Source of the DNA: Psychrobacter cryohalolentis K5 | Lineage (GTDB): Bacteria > Pseudomonadota > Gammaproteobacteria > Pseudomonadales > Moraxellaceae | Assembly: GCF_000013905.1 (NCBI RefSeq) | Contig: NC_007969.1 | Span: forward strand, 2,490,001 to 2,522,000 | Direction of reading: 5' to 3' | DNA length: 32,000 bases | Shown here: positions 9,153-17,702 of the stretch, one piece after another | Layout: each line of letters starts with the position of its first letter | Position numbering within the stretch: the stretch's first letter is position 1 | Made by a program: the position numbers and the translations under genes | The notes under the pieces: generated by a model | What the model saw: only the letters and a program-made list of their open reading frames with translations | Told to the model about the DNA's origin: nothing | Databases searched by the model: none

Positions 9153-10136
9153 TCAGATTGCCAGTCTTCGCTCTATTGCGATGATAAAATCGGTCGCAAT
9201 GTCTGTACCACATTGGTCATCAATCTCACGCACACAGGTTGGACTGGTGACATTAATTTCCGTAATGCGTCCGCCAATTAGGTCTAAACCAACGAACATT
9301 AAACCTTTTGCTTTGACAATAGACGCGACCACTTCTGCGACTTGGCGTTCGATATCGGTCAGCGGCATGGCTACACCGCTACCACCAGCGGCAAGATTCC
9401 CACGCGTTTCACCCTTTGTTGGAATACGAGCCAATGTATAGTCAACCACAGTGCCATCGACAATAAGTACGCGCTTATCACCTTCTTTAATCTCTGGTAG
9501 ATAACGCTGCGCCATAATCGGCAGCGTTTCAAGCTCAGTCAACATCTCAAGCGTCACGCCAATATTTGGGCTATCAGCAGTCAAACGAAATATACCCGTA
9601 CCGCCCATACCATCTAATGGCTTGACAATAACGTCTTGATGCTCAGCGATAAATTTGCGAATGTGAGCCTGTTTACTGGTCACAATCGTTGGGCTCATAT
9701 AGTCGCTAAACCAAGTGGCAAACAATTTCTCATTACAATCACGAATGGCTTGTGGGTCATTGACGACTAATACGCCTGCTGCTTTTGCATGGTCAAGCAT
9801 ATAAGTTGCATAAATAAAGCGCATGTCAAACGGTGGATCTTTACGCATCAAAATCACATCATAATCGCTGACCGAACCTGTCGTCTTATCCCCTAACGTA
9901 TAAAAATCCTCAGGATCACGCTTGACAGTAACTGACTGCGTATCGATCATCAACTGCCCACGATCAAGCCATAAATCATGAATCTGACAGTAACCCAAAC
10001 GATGACCGCGATCTTGCGCCGACCACATCATAGCAAGGCTAGTATCTTTTTTATAATTAACTTGCTCAATGGGATCCATAATCACAAGTATGTTCAAAGA
10101 TTTTTTTGGCTGTTCTAGGCTCATAAGAATACTCAT
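9153..10136 (-). CDS. gshB: Glutathione synthetase (ATP-grasp)
   Basis: Long identical stretches to E. coli GshB are present: ILMRKDPPFD, IRDCNEKLFATWFSD, KPLDGMGG, GDKRVLIVDG, ARIP..GETRGNLAAGG, GLDLIGGRITEINVTSPTC. An alternative ATG lies 4 codons downstream. Confidence 0.95.
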   Translation of the reverse strand: MSILMSLEQPKKSLNILVIMDPIEQVNYKKDTSLAMMWSAQDRGHRLGYCQIHDLWLDRGQLMIDTQSVTVKRDPEDFYTLGDKTTGSVSDYDVILMRKDPPFDMRFIYATYMLDHAKAAGVLVVNDPQAIRDCNEKLFATWFSDYMSPTIVTSKQAHIRKFIAEHQDVIVKPLDGMGGTGIFRLTADSPNIGVTLEMLTELETLPIMAQRYLPEIKEGDKRVLIVDGTVVDYTLARIPTKGETRGNLAAGGSGVAMPLTDIERQVAEVVASIVKAKGLMFVGLDLIGGRITEINVTSPTCVREIDDQCGTDIATDFIIAIERRLAI

Positions 10137-10226
10137 TTACAGGATGTTATTAATAGATAAAATACACACAAATCACATATCAGCATGCCAATATAGGCAA
10201 ATATAGTTAGCAATGGTTTCGATTAA

Positions 10227-10931
10227 CTATACGCCATATTGACCACGGTAATGCTGCATTTTTGCAAGTTGGGTTGCATTTTGATTCGAATGACCACCCT
10301 CTGCCAGATAGCTGATTAAGTCGTCAATATCGACAAGGGCGCGCACTGGAACGTTTAACGTTGCCGCCAGTTCCTGAATTGCCGAGCGCTCTGCTAAGCC
10401 TTTTTCCTTACGGTCAAGCGCCACAATAATACCAGCAACATGTGCGCCTGCTTGTTTTAAAATCTCAACCACTTCACGCATCGCTGTACCAGCGGTAATG
10501 ACATCATCCAATACCCAAACCGCCTTGCCACTGACGTCAGCGCCGACCAAATTACCACCTTCACCGTGTGTTTTGGCTTCTTTACGGTTGTAACCCCAGT
10601 TGGCATTGATACCATGATGTAACCATAAAGCCTGTGCAGTTGCTGCCACAAAGGGAATACCCTTATAAGCGGCACCAAAGATAACCAATTCTTGTGCGCC
10701 TTTACCCTCATTTGTAGCAGCCATCTGTTCAGCTAAGGCATCTGCATAACCACGTGCTAATAGCGACAACATCTCACCTGATGCAAGCAGACCTGCATTA
10801 AAAAAATACGGACTAATGCGACCAGACTTTAAGACAAACTCGCCAAACTTTAAGACTTGGTTGTCTAACGCCAGTTGAATAAAGGCATGAGATGAAAATG
10901 GGGCATTGTTAGCGTATTGGGCATGGGGCAT
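10227..10931 (-). CDS. pyrE: Orotate phosphoribosyltransferase
   Basis: VLKFGEFVLKSGRISPYFFNAGL, AYKGIPF, NRKEAKTHGEGGNLVG and the PRPP-binding loop VLDDVITAGTA are all collinear with E. coli PyrE. Confidence 0.95.
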   Translation of the reverse strand: MPHAQYANNAPFSSHAFIQLALDNQVLKFGEFVLKSGRISPYFFNAGLLASGEMLSLLARGYADALAEQMAATNEGKGAQELVIFGAAYKGIPFVAATAQALWLHHGINANWGYNRKEAKTHGEGGNLVGADVSGKAVWVLDDVITAGTAMREVVEILKQAGAHVAGIIVALDRKEKGLAERSAIQELAATLNVPVRALVDIDDLISYLAEGGHSNQNATQLAKMQHYRGQYGV

Positions 10932-11002
10932 TAGAGAATTCCTATGAACAAAAAGAAAGGTTTAAAAATGATTATCATGACGCGCATTATAGGCGTTGGC
11001 GC

Positions 11003-11998
11003 TTAACTTGACCAACCATTGATATCATAATCTTGCATATTGGGATATCGGGTCAGAAGACCGCAACGTGAAGAGAGATCAAAATAACAGTGACCATCAC
11101 GACTCACTTGAATGTTCCAGCCCAAATGATGAGCGGCTATGATCACATGCCCTGCAAAAATTCGAATTTGGCGATAGGCATGCCGCTGAGCAGGCTCACA
11201 GATACTCTGACTGAGTAAGTAGCTGCGTATATGCTGGCAAATTTGCGCGGCACTATAACTATGGTTGATACTTTTGCGGCGGCTGCACTGCTTTAAAGCA
11301 TGAACAGCAACGCTACACGCCATAATATCAGTCGCTAAGCTGCCCTCACCTAACTCGAACTGCTGCGGCTGCAGTATTACGTGCCAGTCATCAGCATACA
11401 TACTATTTAAAAGCTCATCAGGGTTATAGCGTTTGGTCAGGGTGCGCAGAGATAGTGCAGCAGATACTTTGGTTTTAGCATTAATATCTTTATCACTCTC
11501 TTTGCTCTCTGTCTCTGAAAATCCATAACGATTCAATCTTGGATACGCCCGAATTGCTTGTTGAATATCTGACATATCTAGTAAAACCATCTCATTTAAC
11601 GACGACATTAATGGCTGCTCGCTCTGATTGTGATAAAAACTATCAGGCAGCGCTATCAATTTAGCAGCGTTTAGTAATGATAAATGTTCTGCTAATGCCT
11701 CTGACGCAATAAGCGACCATTTTGACAAGCTGTCCTTATCAGGCTGATAAAAACGGGCAGCATTGCCATATAATCGGCGTAATTGCCCATTTAAGCGTCG
11801 CGCTGGTTCTGGAATATCTGTCAGCGGTCTTGCAGGATCTAATGGCACTTGCGTCGGATCAAAATTAGGATGGACAATCGCAGGCTGGTCACTACTGAAT
11901 AAAACGGCTGATTGCACCGCATTATTATTTGCAAACTGACCCTCTGCCACAAGATCAACACTGAATAAACCTTCATCAGAAGTAAAAGGCTGGGTCAT
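11003..11998 (-). CDS. Hypothetical cytoplasmic protein, 331 aa, family not recognised
   Basis: A long ORF with GGGAG 5 nt upstream of the ATG at 11996-11998. There is no signal peptide or TM segment. The C-terminal third is Cys/His-rich (CSVAVHALKQC, ICQHIR, ICEPAQRH, FAGHVIIAAHHLGW, DGHCYFD). It is co-oriented with the flanking genes across gaps of 71 and 85 bp. Confidence 0.65.
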   Translation of the reverse strand: MTQPFTSDEGLFSVDLVAEGQFANNNAVQSAVLFSSDQPAIVHPNFDPTQVPLDPARPLTDIPEPARRLNGQLRRLYGNAARFYQPDKDSLSKWSLIASEALAEHLSLLNAAKLIALPDSFYHNQSEQPLMSSLNEMVLLDMSDIQQAIRAYPRLNRYGFSETESKESDKDINAKTKVSAALSLRTLTKRYNPDELLNSMYADDWHVILQPQQFELGEGSLATDIMACSVAVHALKQCSRRKSINHSYSAAQICQHIRSYLLSQSICEPAQRHAYRQIRIFAGHVIIAAHHLGWNIQVSRDGHCYFDLSSRCGLLTRYPNMQDYDINGWSS

Positions 11999-12083
11999 GA
12001 AATCTCCCTAAGTGAGTGCTATTATAAAACAGCACTCATGAACAATATATTTGAAAACGTATTTAAGCACTATAGCTAATTTA

Positions 12084-12926
12084 TTAATTCTGATGACGCA
12101 AAATATCTTCATATCCCATTTGCCAATCAGGATACGTCAGCCACGCTAACGGAATATTGCTATGTAGGCGCTTTCCGGTCATGGCGCTATTCTTATCATC
12201 AAGTACTGGCAGCGCTTCACCCAGTTGCTCACATAGCCAAGTGGTCAGCGTAAAGGACGTCACTGGCAAATAATCGGTTGCAATATAAACAGGCTTTGGT
12301 ACCTCTATCGTCAGTACCTTGGCGATAATATTGACCAAATCAGAGTCCATAATGCGATTGGTCCACACGCCAGCTGCTATCGGCTTTTTCTCTGACTCTT
12401 GAGCTTTTCGCACACGCATTAAGCGCTCGCGCCCATAAATACCACTTGGGCGGATGATAATTGTTTTATTATCAAAACCTTGTTTCAGCATTTGCTCTGC
12501 TTGCAATATCACCTGTGATGCTTCGCGTTTAGGCAGCATCGGCACGGTATCTTTATCGATCCATTCACCGTTATCTTGCCCATAGATGCCAGTTGAAGAA
12601 ATAAAAACAATGCGCTGAAGATTGGATAGTTTATCCGCAAGCAACGCTAAATGCTGGTTAATCGCCAAGTAGCTACTGTGATAACCATTGGTTGAGTACT
12701 CATCAGGGGTGACGATGATAGCAATATGAGTAAAGTCTTGCAGTTGCTCAGCGCTAAGCGTCAACGCATCTGCTTGCATAAATTTGGCATTATCGCTCAA
12801 TGCATAATTTTGACGTTCACGACGTGCCAGCCCAGTGACTATTAAGCCATCTTGCGCAAGCTTATTGGTCACTGGTAATCCAATGTCACCTTGACCGATA
12901 ATTAATATATTATGCGTATTCATCAT
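12084..12926 (-). CDS. NAD(P)-binding Rossmann-fold protein (SDR / NAD-dependent epimerase-dehydratase-like)
   Basis: An N-terminal ILIIGQGDIG (GxGxxG) is followed by an acidic/Arg beta2 end (GLARRE). A downstream IRPSGIYG motif is typical of extended or atypical SDRs. AGGAA lies 3 nt before the first ATG of the ATGATG pair and 6 nt before the second, so the true start may be 12923. Confidence 0.7.
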   Translation of the reverse strand: MMNTHNILIIGQGDIGLPVTNKLAQDGLIVTGLARRERQNYALSDNAKFMQADALTLSAEQLQDFTHIAIIVTPDEYSTNGYHSSYLAINQHLALLADKLSNLQRIVFISSTGIYGQDNGEWIDKDTVPMLPKREASQVILQAEQMLKQGFDNKTIIIRPSGIYGRERLMRVRKAQESEKKPIAAGVWTNRIMDSDLVNIIAKVLTIEVPKPVYIATDYLPVTSFTLTTWLCEQLGEALPVLDDKNSAMTGKRLHSNIPLAWLTYPDWQMGYEDILRHQN

Positions 12927-12949
12927 AATTCCTGCCTGCCTTTGAAGAT

Positions 12950-12981
12950 GCTGCTAAAAATACTGGTGGCTGCTAAAAATA
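12950..12981. repeat. 13-bp perfect direct repeat GCTGCTAAAAATA x2 with 19-bp periodicity, spanning the stop codon of the DUF4105 gene
   Basis: Copies at 12950-12962 and 12969-12981, read directly from the sequence. The second copy contains the last codons and the TAG stop (..TAT TTT TAG on the minus strand). Confidence 0.9.
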
Positions 12982-15060
12982 ACGTCGATATGACAGCTGT
13001 ACATCGTCATTGGCATCAATGCGATCTTGCCATTCATAATTGGCATTGATACGTAATGCTTGTTTTTTATCGATATCGTATTGCAGCCCTAAGCTTGATA
13101 TCGGCTGCCAATAATGACCGCGCACATTAGAGTCGTCGCTGCTGCCATGATACCAATATGGCAATTGCAATTCAGCCTGCGCACGTAACTGATTGTTAAT
13201 CTGATAACGACAGCCAGCGTTTACGCCTGCGCCGACACGAAAGCCTTTATTAATACCACGCCCCGTTTGCGCGGTACCTGCCAAAAAGGTATAACAAAGC
13301 TGTGGCGGCATCTCGCCCGTCCCTGCACTAGGCGTTCCAAACGCCCATGACCAACCAGACTCATAGCCCAAGCTTCCAACTAAATGATCGGTACCGTCTT
13401 GCTGCGAGCCATCGTTTACACGCGTGGCCTCTATACTCGCGCCCCAGGTTTTGCCCTTCTTAGCCGAATTGACAGGGTTAAAAGAACGCCCTTTAATCAA
13501 AGTCAAATTCTGTAACACCACACTTTTTGGCTGATTGGCTTTATCAATATCTGTGTCATACAAACGCACAGTCGCAGAAGCACCTTCTAAATCAAAGAAC
13601 TGCGGAAAACCAGAAGGATGATCAAGGGTATCGTGATAGCCTGCGCGCGCGCCAAGATCGATGTAATTATTATCGCCGCGCTGACCGATACCAATACTGC
13701 CCATTTGCAGCGAATGTCGATTGAGAGGATTGGTATCTGAGACCGCAATCTGGTGAGGGAGTAACGTCTGACCATCAGCTGACATGCTCGAAACTTTATT
13801 GAGCTGGGCCGACTTAATCTCATTAAGCATCTGTTTGGGGTTGTTATGGTAGCCGAGCTGCTTACTCTCCTGTTTGACTTTGTTCAATTGTGCTTGGCGT
13901 AAAGTACTATCAGCCGGCGTATAATTGGTGCTAGCAAGAAAACCTTCTTTGTTCAGCAGCTGTACCACATCTGATGGAATAACGGCATAAGGCAGCTGAC
14001 TTAATAAATGCTGCTCTGGACGTACCACATCTATCAGGCGCAAAATCTCAGAGGCGCAATTGTCAGAGGTAAAGTAATAGGGCAATTTTAACTCTTTGGT
14101 TTCCCAAACGTGCAATATGATTTGCTGTACTTCCTCTGGGGTCAAATCCAATTGATATGTCCACGCATCACGCTCATCGTCTTGCAGATATTTAGCAAGC
14201 TTTTCTGGATAAGGGTCAATCTCGATCAGATTGTTATAGCCGCCCGTCATAGATTTGATGGCATACAATACAAAGTTATCTTTGGTATCGCCATCGACCG
14301 TATCATTTAGCGCATAAGCATGATGAATTTGGCTTAGATCAGCCACACTTGCTTTTGAATCGATACGCAACAAGGTATGCGCAAAAGCAGACAGAGGATT
14401 GTCTAAGTACTCTTGGGCAAACATAATAGACAGCTGCTCAGGGGCAAGCTTTTGCATCCAAGCTGTCAGCTCTGGACAAGTTACCTGCATCGCTGACTTA
14501 TCAATAGCCAAGGTATCACTTAGCCATTTTGCTCTTGCTGGGAAACGGCATAGCGCAGAGTTGCTATTACTAGCTTGGGCAGTATTATTAGTTTCAGAAT
14601 TATTGGTTTTATTAGCCATCTCATCAGCAAAGGCAACAAGCATGGCATCAAGCTCAGCACCTGAATCCTCACGCCCATTTGAGCTCAAAAAGAAGCGAGC
14701 ATCATCGACCGCACTGATATTTTTATTTTTGCCAAACAAGCCTTTTTTCTCATCAGAGAAATATAATAAGCGGCGCCACGTCGTATCTTGGGCAAGATTT
14801 TTTGTCGTTGACTGCTCACGCCATAGATTTAGCAGCTGATTTGCATCTGTTTCGGCTTTAGCCTTGTTAGTATTAGTATTGGTATCGGTATTAAGTGCAA
14901 GCTCACCAGTCGTAACCAGTGATGCAGGCGTTGGTAAAAATGCCTGGGCTTGCACAGTTAGCAGCAGTCCAGCTATCGCCAGTGGCAAACGTGCACGGCA
15001 GCTAAGCTGTATTGGCGTACCATCTATCGCAATACGATTTGAAACTGAGTGTATGGACAT
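12973..15060 (-). CDS. DUF4105 (Lnb N-terminal periplasmic domain) family envelope protein with a C-terminal beta-barrel-like region, 695 aa from the preferred start
   Basis: Family hallmarks as I remember them are present: W(R/L)xLL(H/Y)(Y/F) followed by ..DDxRFFLS (WRRLLYFSDEKKGLFG...VDDARFFLSS), and CRFPARAKWL. The signal peptide is LPLAIAGLLLTVQAQA/F. The C-terminal roughly 230 aa alternate G/aromatic residues and end in ..LSYRRYF, an OMP-like terminal Phe. I prefer the ATG at 15058-15060; the track ORF starts 23 codons earlier. Confidence 0.75.
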   Translation of the reverse strand: MSIHSVSNRIAIDGTPIQLSCRARLPLAIAGLLLTVQAQAFLPTPASLVTTGELALNTDTNTNTNKAKAETDANQLLNLWREQSTTKNLAQDTTWRRLLYFSDEKKGLFGKNKNISAVDDARFFLSSNGREDSGAELDAMLVAFADEMANKTNNSETNNTAQASNSNSALCRFPARAKWLSDTLAIDKSAMQVTCPELTAWMQKLAPEQLSIMFAQEYLDNPLSAFAHTLLRIDSKASVADLSQIHHAYALNDTVDGDTKDNFVLYAIKSMTGGYNNLIEIDPYPEKLAKYLQDDERDAWTYQLDLTPEEVQQIILHVWETKELKLPYYFTSDNCASEILRLIDVVRPEQHLLSQLPYAVIPSDVVQLLNKEGFLASTNYTPADSTLRQAQLNKVKQESKQLGYHNNPKQMLNEIKSAQLNKVSSMSADGQTLLPHQIAVSDTNPLNRHSLQMGSIGIGQRGDNNYIDLGARAGYHDTLDHPSGFPQFFDLEGASATVRLYDTDIDKANQPKSVVLQNLTLIKGRSFNPVNSAKKGKTWGASIEATRVNDGSQQDGTDHLVGSLGYESGWSWAFGTPSAGTGEMPPQLCYTFLAGTAQTGRGINKGFRVGAGVNAGCRYQINNQLRAQAELQLPYWYHGSSDDSNVRGHYWQPISSLGLQYDIDKKQALRINANYEWQDRIDANDDVQLSYRRYF

Positions 15061-15277
15061 AAGTAAAATCTCGCACTGTAAAGGTGATACGCTTATCACG
15101 TGATGGACGTTCATTAAAAATTTGAACATTTATGAGTAACAATAGACTTTTAGCAAAATATTATTGACATCTCTCTTGTTTATACTGAAATGACGATATA
15201 TTTGCTATTTATTTATACCAAATTTACGATAAAACGCATTCTTCTGCTGATTAATAACCACGATAAAAGAGAGCATT

Positions 15278-15868
15278 ATGTCTATAGCATCATCAATGAC
15301 TATCAACGAGGGTCAATTATCTGCCGCCACGTGGCTTGCATCGCCAAACACTAATAAAAGACCTGAACATACCAGCATTGATACAATTGTTATTCACAAT
15401 ATTAGCCTACCGCCTAACGAGTTTGGCGCGTGCGGTTCTGATGCCAACCACTACGTCAAAGCCTTGTTCACCAATCAATTAGACTGGGACGCCCATCCTT
15501 ATTTTCAGACAATAAAAGGCGCTGAAGTTTCCGCACATTTATTTATCGAGCGTGACGGTACTATCACCCAGTTTGTGAATTTTAACGAGCGTGCATGGCA
15601 TGCCGGCAGGTCGAGCTATCTTGGTCGAGCCGAATGTAATGATTATAGCATTGGCATTGAGCTTGAAGGGTCAGATTTTGTGCCCTTTAGCGCGGCGCAG
15701 TATGAATCATTGGCAAAAGCAATCGTCGCAATCTATGACGCGTATCCCAAAACCCGTCGGCATCTGACTGGTCATAGTGACATTGCACCCGGGCGCAAGA
15801 CTGACCCCGGTGATTGTTTTGAATGGACGAAATTGCGTGAAATGGTAGCCCGCCTTCTTGAGGGCTAA
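15278..15868 (+). CDS. ampD: 1,6-anhydro-N-acetylmuramyl-L-alanine amidase AmpD
   Basis: VIHNISLPPNEFG, VSAHLFIERDG.I.QFV.F..RAWHAG.S, CNDYSIGIELEG and TGHSDIAPGRKTDPG are collinear with E. coli AmpD. Confidence 0.93.
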   Translation: MSIASSMTINEGQLSAATWLASPNTNKRPEHTSIDTIVIHNISLPPNEFGACGSDANHYVKALFTNQLDWDAHPYFQTIKGAEVSAHLFIERDGTITQFVNFNERAWHAGRSSYLGRAECNDYSIGIELEGSDFVPFSAAQYESLAKAIVAIYDAYPKTRRHLTGHSDIAPGRKTDPGDCFEWTKLREMVARLLEG

Positions 15869-15931
15869 ACCTTATTTCAATGAGGATAAAGTCTCAAGAA
15901 ATAGAAGAATACATATTCCATATTCAATGCA

Positions 15932-15959
15932 TTTACCTAGGTTATGAAAGTGCTATAAT
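15932..15959 (+). promoter_or_regulatory. Candidate sigma70 promoter for murJ
   Basis: TTTACC (15932-15937), a 16-nt spacer, then TGC-TATAAT (TATAAT at 15954-15959 with a TGn-like extended -10). It lies about 70 nt upstream of the murJ ATG. This is pattern match only. Confidence 0.3.
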
Positions 15960-16029
15960 CTGACAGTTTTTTTGACTCTCGTAAATCAGCAAGCAACCAT
16001 CACTAAACAAATTGGCATAATAGGTTCTC

Positions 16030-17580
16030 ATGGCAAAAAGTCGGTTATTTCGTTCAACCATGGTAGTCAGCAGTATGACCATGCTATCTCGTATTTTAGG
16101 TCTGGTACGCGATATCGTATTACTAGGTGTCTTTGGCGCTGGCGGTCTGATGGACGCTTTCTTGGTCGCCTTTAAGATACCGAACTTTCTGCGACGCCTG
16201 TTTGCTGAAGGCGCATTTAGTCAGGCCTTTGTACCTGTTTTATCTGAATATAAAGAAAAATATAGTCTACGAGAAGTACAGATATTAGTCAGTCGCACGT
16301 CAGGCGCGCTGATGTTAATTTTATCGATGCTGACCGTAGTGGTTATTTTAATGGCACCGTGGGTCGTGACTTTATTTGCGCCCGGTTTTGCTGATCAACC
16401 TGATAAGTTTGCGATTACCGCTGAGCTGTTGCGCCTAACCTTCCCTTACTTATTATTTATCTCCATGACCGCTTTTGCCAGTGGCATTTTACAAAGTTAC
16501 GGACGTTTTGCGGCACCAGCCTTTGCACCTGTATTACTCAATCTGTGTATGATTGGTGGCGCGCTGGTTTTTGCACCTATGTTTGAGACGCCCATTATGG
16601 CGCTCGGTTATGCGGTCGCTATCGCCGGTTTATTACAGCTCCTACTGCAATTGCCGCAGTTATCCCAGCAAAAACTACTGGTGATGCCCAAAATCGACTT
16701 CCAGCATGAAGGCGTCAGACGCATATTAAAGCTGATGCTACCTGCTATCTTTGGGGTATCGGTTACTCAAATTAATCTGCTATTAAATACTATCTTTGCC
16801 TCTTTGATGATTGGCGGCTCAGTCTCGTGGCTATATGCCGCTGAGCGTATGAGCGAGTTACCCCTTGGTTTAATTGGTGTGGCAATTGGTACAGTCATTT
16901 TACCAAGCCTATCAAAAAGTGAAGCCCAAAAAGACGATGTCAGTTTTAAAAAGACCATCGATTGGGCAGCTCGCTTAATTATCTTAGTCGGTGTACCTGC
17001 ATCGGCAGCACTGTTTATTCTGTCTGACGTGCTCATGCAAGCGCTATTTTTACGTGGCGAATTTACGTTACGTGATGCGCAAATGAGTTCGCTTGCGCTA
17101 AAAAGCATGGCGGGTGGCATCTTAGGCTTTATGTTGATTAAAGTCTTTGCCCCTGCGTTTTTTGCTCGTCAAGATATCCGTACGCCCGTCAGAATCGGTA
17201 TTATTTCCGTTTTTGCTAATATGATCTTTAGTGTTATCTTCATTGGGATATTTTACTTCCTTGAGATTCCATTGCATGGCGGTCTGGCACTTGCGACGAC
17301 TGGCGCATCATTTGTGAATGCAGGCTTACTGTATTACTTCTTGCATAAGCGTGATATTTTCCGTTTTGGTAGTCACTGGAAAAAACTGTTTGCGCAGTTT
17401 GCAATCTCTACCAGTGCCATGATCGCCGTGCTTTATGTCATGCTACCGTACTTTCCAACCGATAAGGCACAGTGGCAACGTTTGGTTGCGCTGCTGATTA
17501 TGTGTGTGGTCGGTGCGCTGGTTTACGGCGGAGTATTATTAGCAACAGGCTTCCGTCCTCGCCAACTCAAACATGGTTAA
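16030..17580 (+). CDS. murJ: Lipid II flippase MurJ (MviN)
   Basis: The N-terminus SRILGLVRDIVLLGVFGAG...DAFLVAFKIPNFLRRLFAEGAFSQAFVPVLSEY is the MurJ/MviN signature. The protein is polytopic with about 14 TM segments and 516 aa. Confidence 0.95.
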   Translation: MAKSRLFRSTMVVSSMTMLSRILGLVRDIVLLGVFGAGGLMDAFLVAFKIPNFLRRLFAEGAFSQAFVPVLSEYKEKYSLREVQILVSRTSGALMLILSMLTVVVILMAPWVVTLFAPGFADQPDKFAITAELLRLTFPYLLFISMTAFASGILQSYGRFAAPAFAPVLLNLCMIGGALVFAPMFETPIMALGYAVAIAGLLQLLLQLPQLSQQKLLVMPKIDFQHEGVRRILKLMLPAIFGVSVTQINLLLNTIFASLMIGGSVSWLYAAERMSELPLGLIGVAIGTVILPSLSKSEAQKDDVSFKKTIDWAARLIILVGVPASAALFILSDVLMQALFLRGEFTLRDAQMSSLALKSMAGGILGFMLIKVFAPAFFARQDIRTPVRIGIISVFANMIFSVIFIGIFYFLEIPLHGGLALATTGASFVNAGLLYYFLHKRDIFRFGSHWKKLFAQFAISTSAMIAVLYVMLPYFPTDKAQWQRLVALLIMCVVGALVYGGVLLATGFRPRQLKHG

Positions 17581-17702
17581 AAGGGTGTGATAAATTATTG
17601 GTTTACCAAACCAAAACAAGCTCAATATGAGAATTGACAGTGCATACTGCTGATAGTTGCCATAATGGCTTATTGTTAAATTACTCAATATTAAGGTTTT
17701 AT

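Noticed and set aside
14399-14839. 146-aa plus-strand ORF, with neighbouring ORFs at 13527-13724, 14110-14310 and 14864-15103
   Set aside because: These are antisense shadow ORFs inside the DUF4105 gene, whose own frame has family motifs, a signal peptide and an OMP-like C-terminus.
14864-14895. Hexanucleotide-like repeat (TTAGTA TTAGTA TTGGTA TCGGTA) encoding TDTNTNTN in the DUF4105 protein, considered as a phase-variation tract
   Set aside because: The unit length is a multiple of three, so slippage would not shift the frame, and the copies are imperfect. It is more likely a length-variable linker than an on/off switch.
15164-15186. A perfect TTGACA followed by TATACT in the DUF4105/ampD divergent region
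   Set aside because: The spacer is only 11 nt, far from the 16-18 nt needed for a sigma70 promoter. The hexamer at the correct 17-nt spacing (GAAATG) is poor, so I did not call a promoter.
16767-17120. 117-aa minus-strand ORF inside murJ
   Set aside because: It is antisense to an unambiguous MurJ coding frame and has no SD or recognisable motif.
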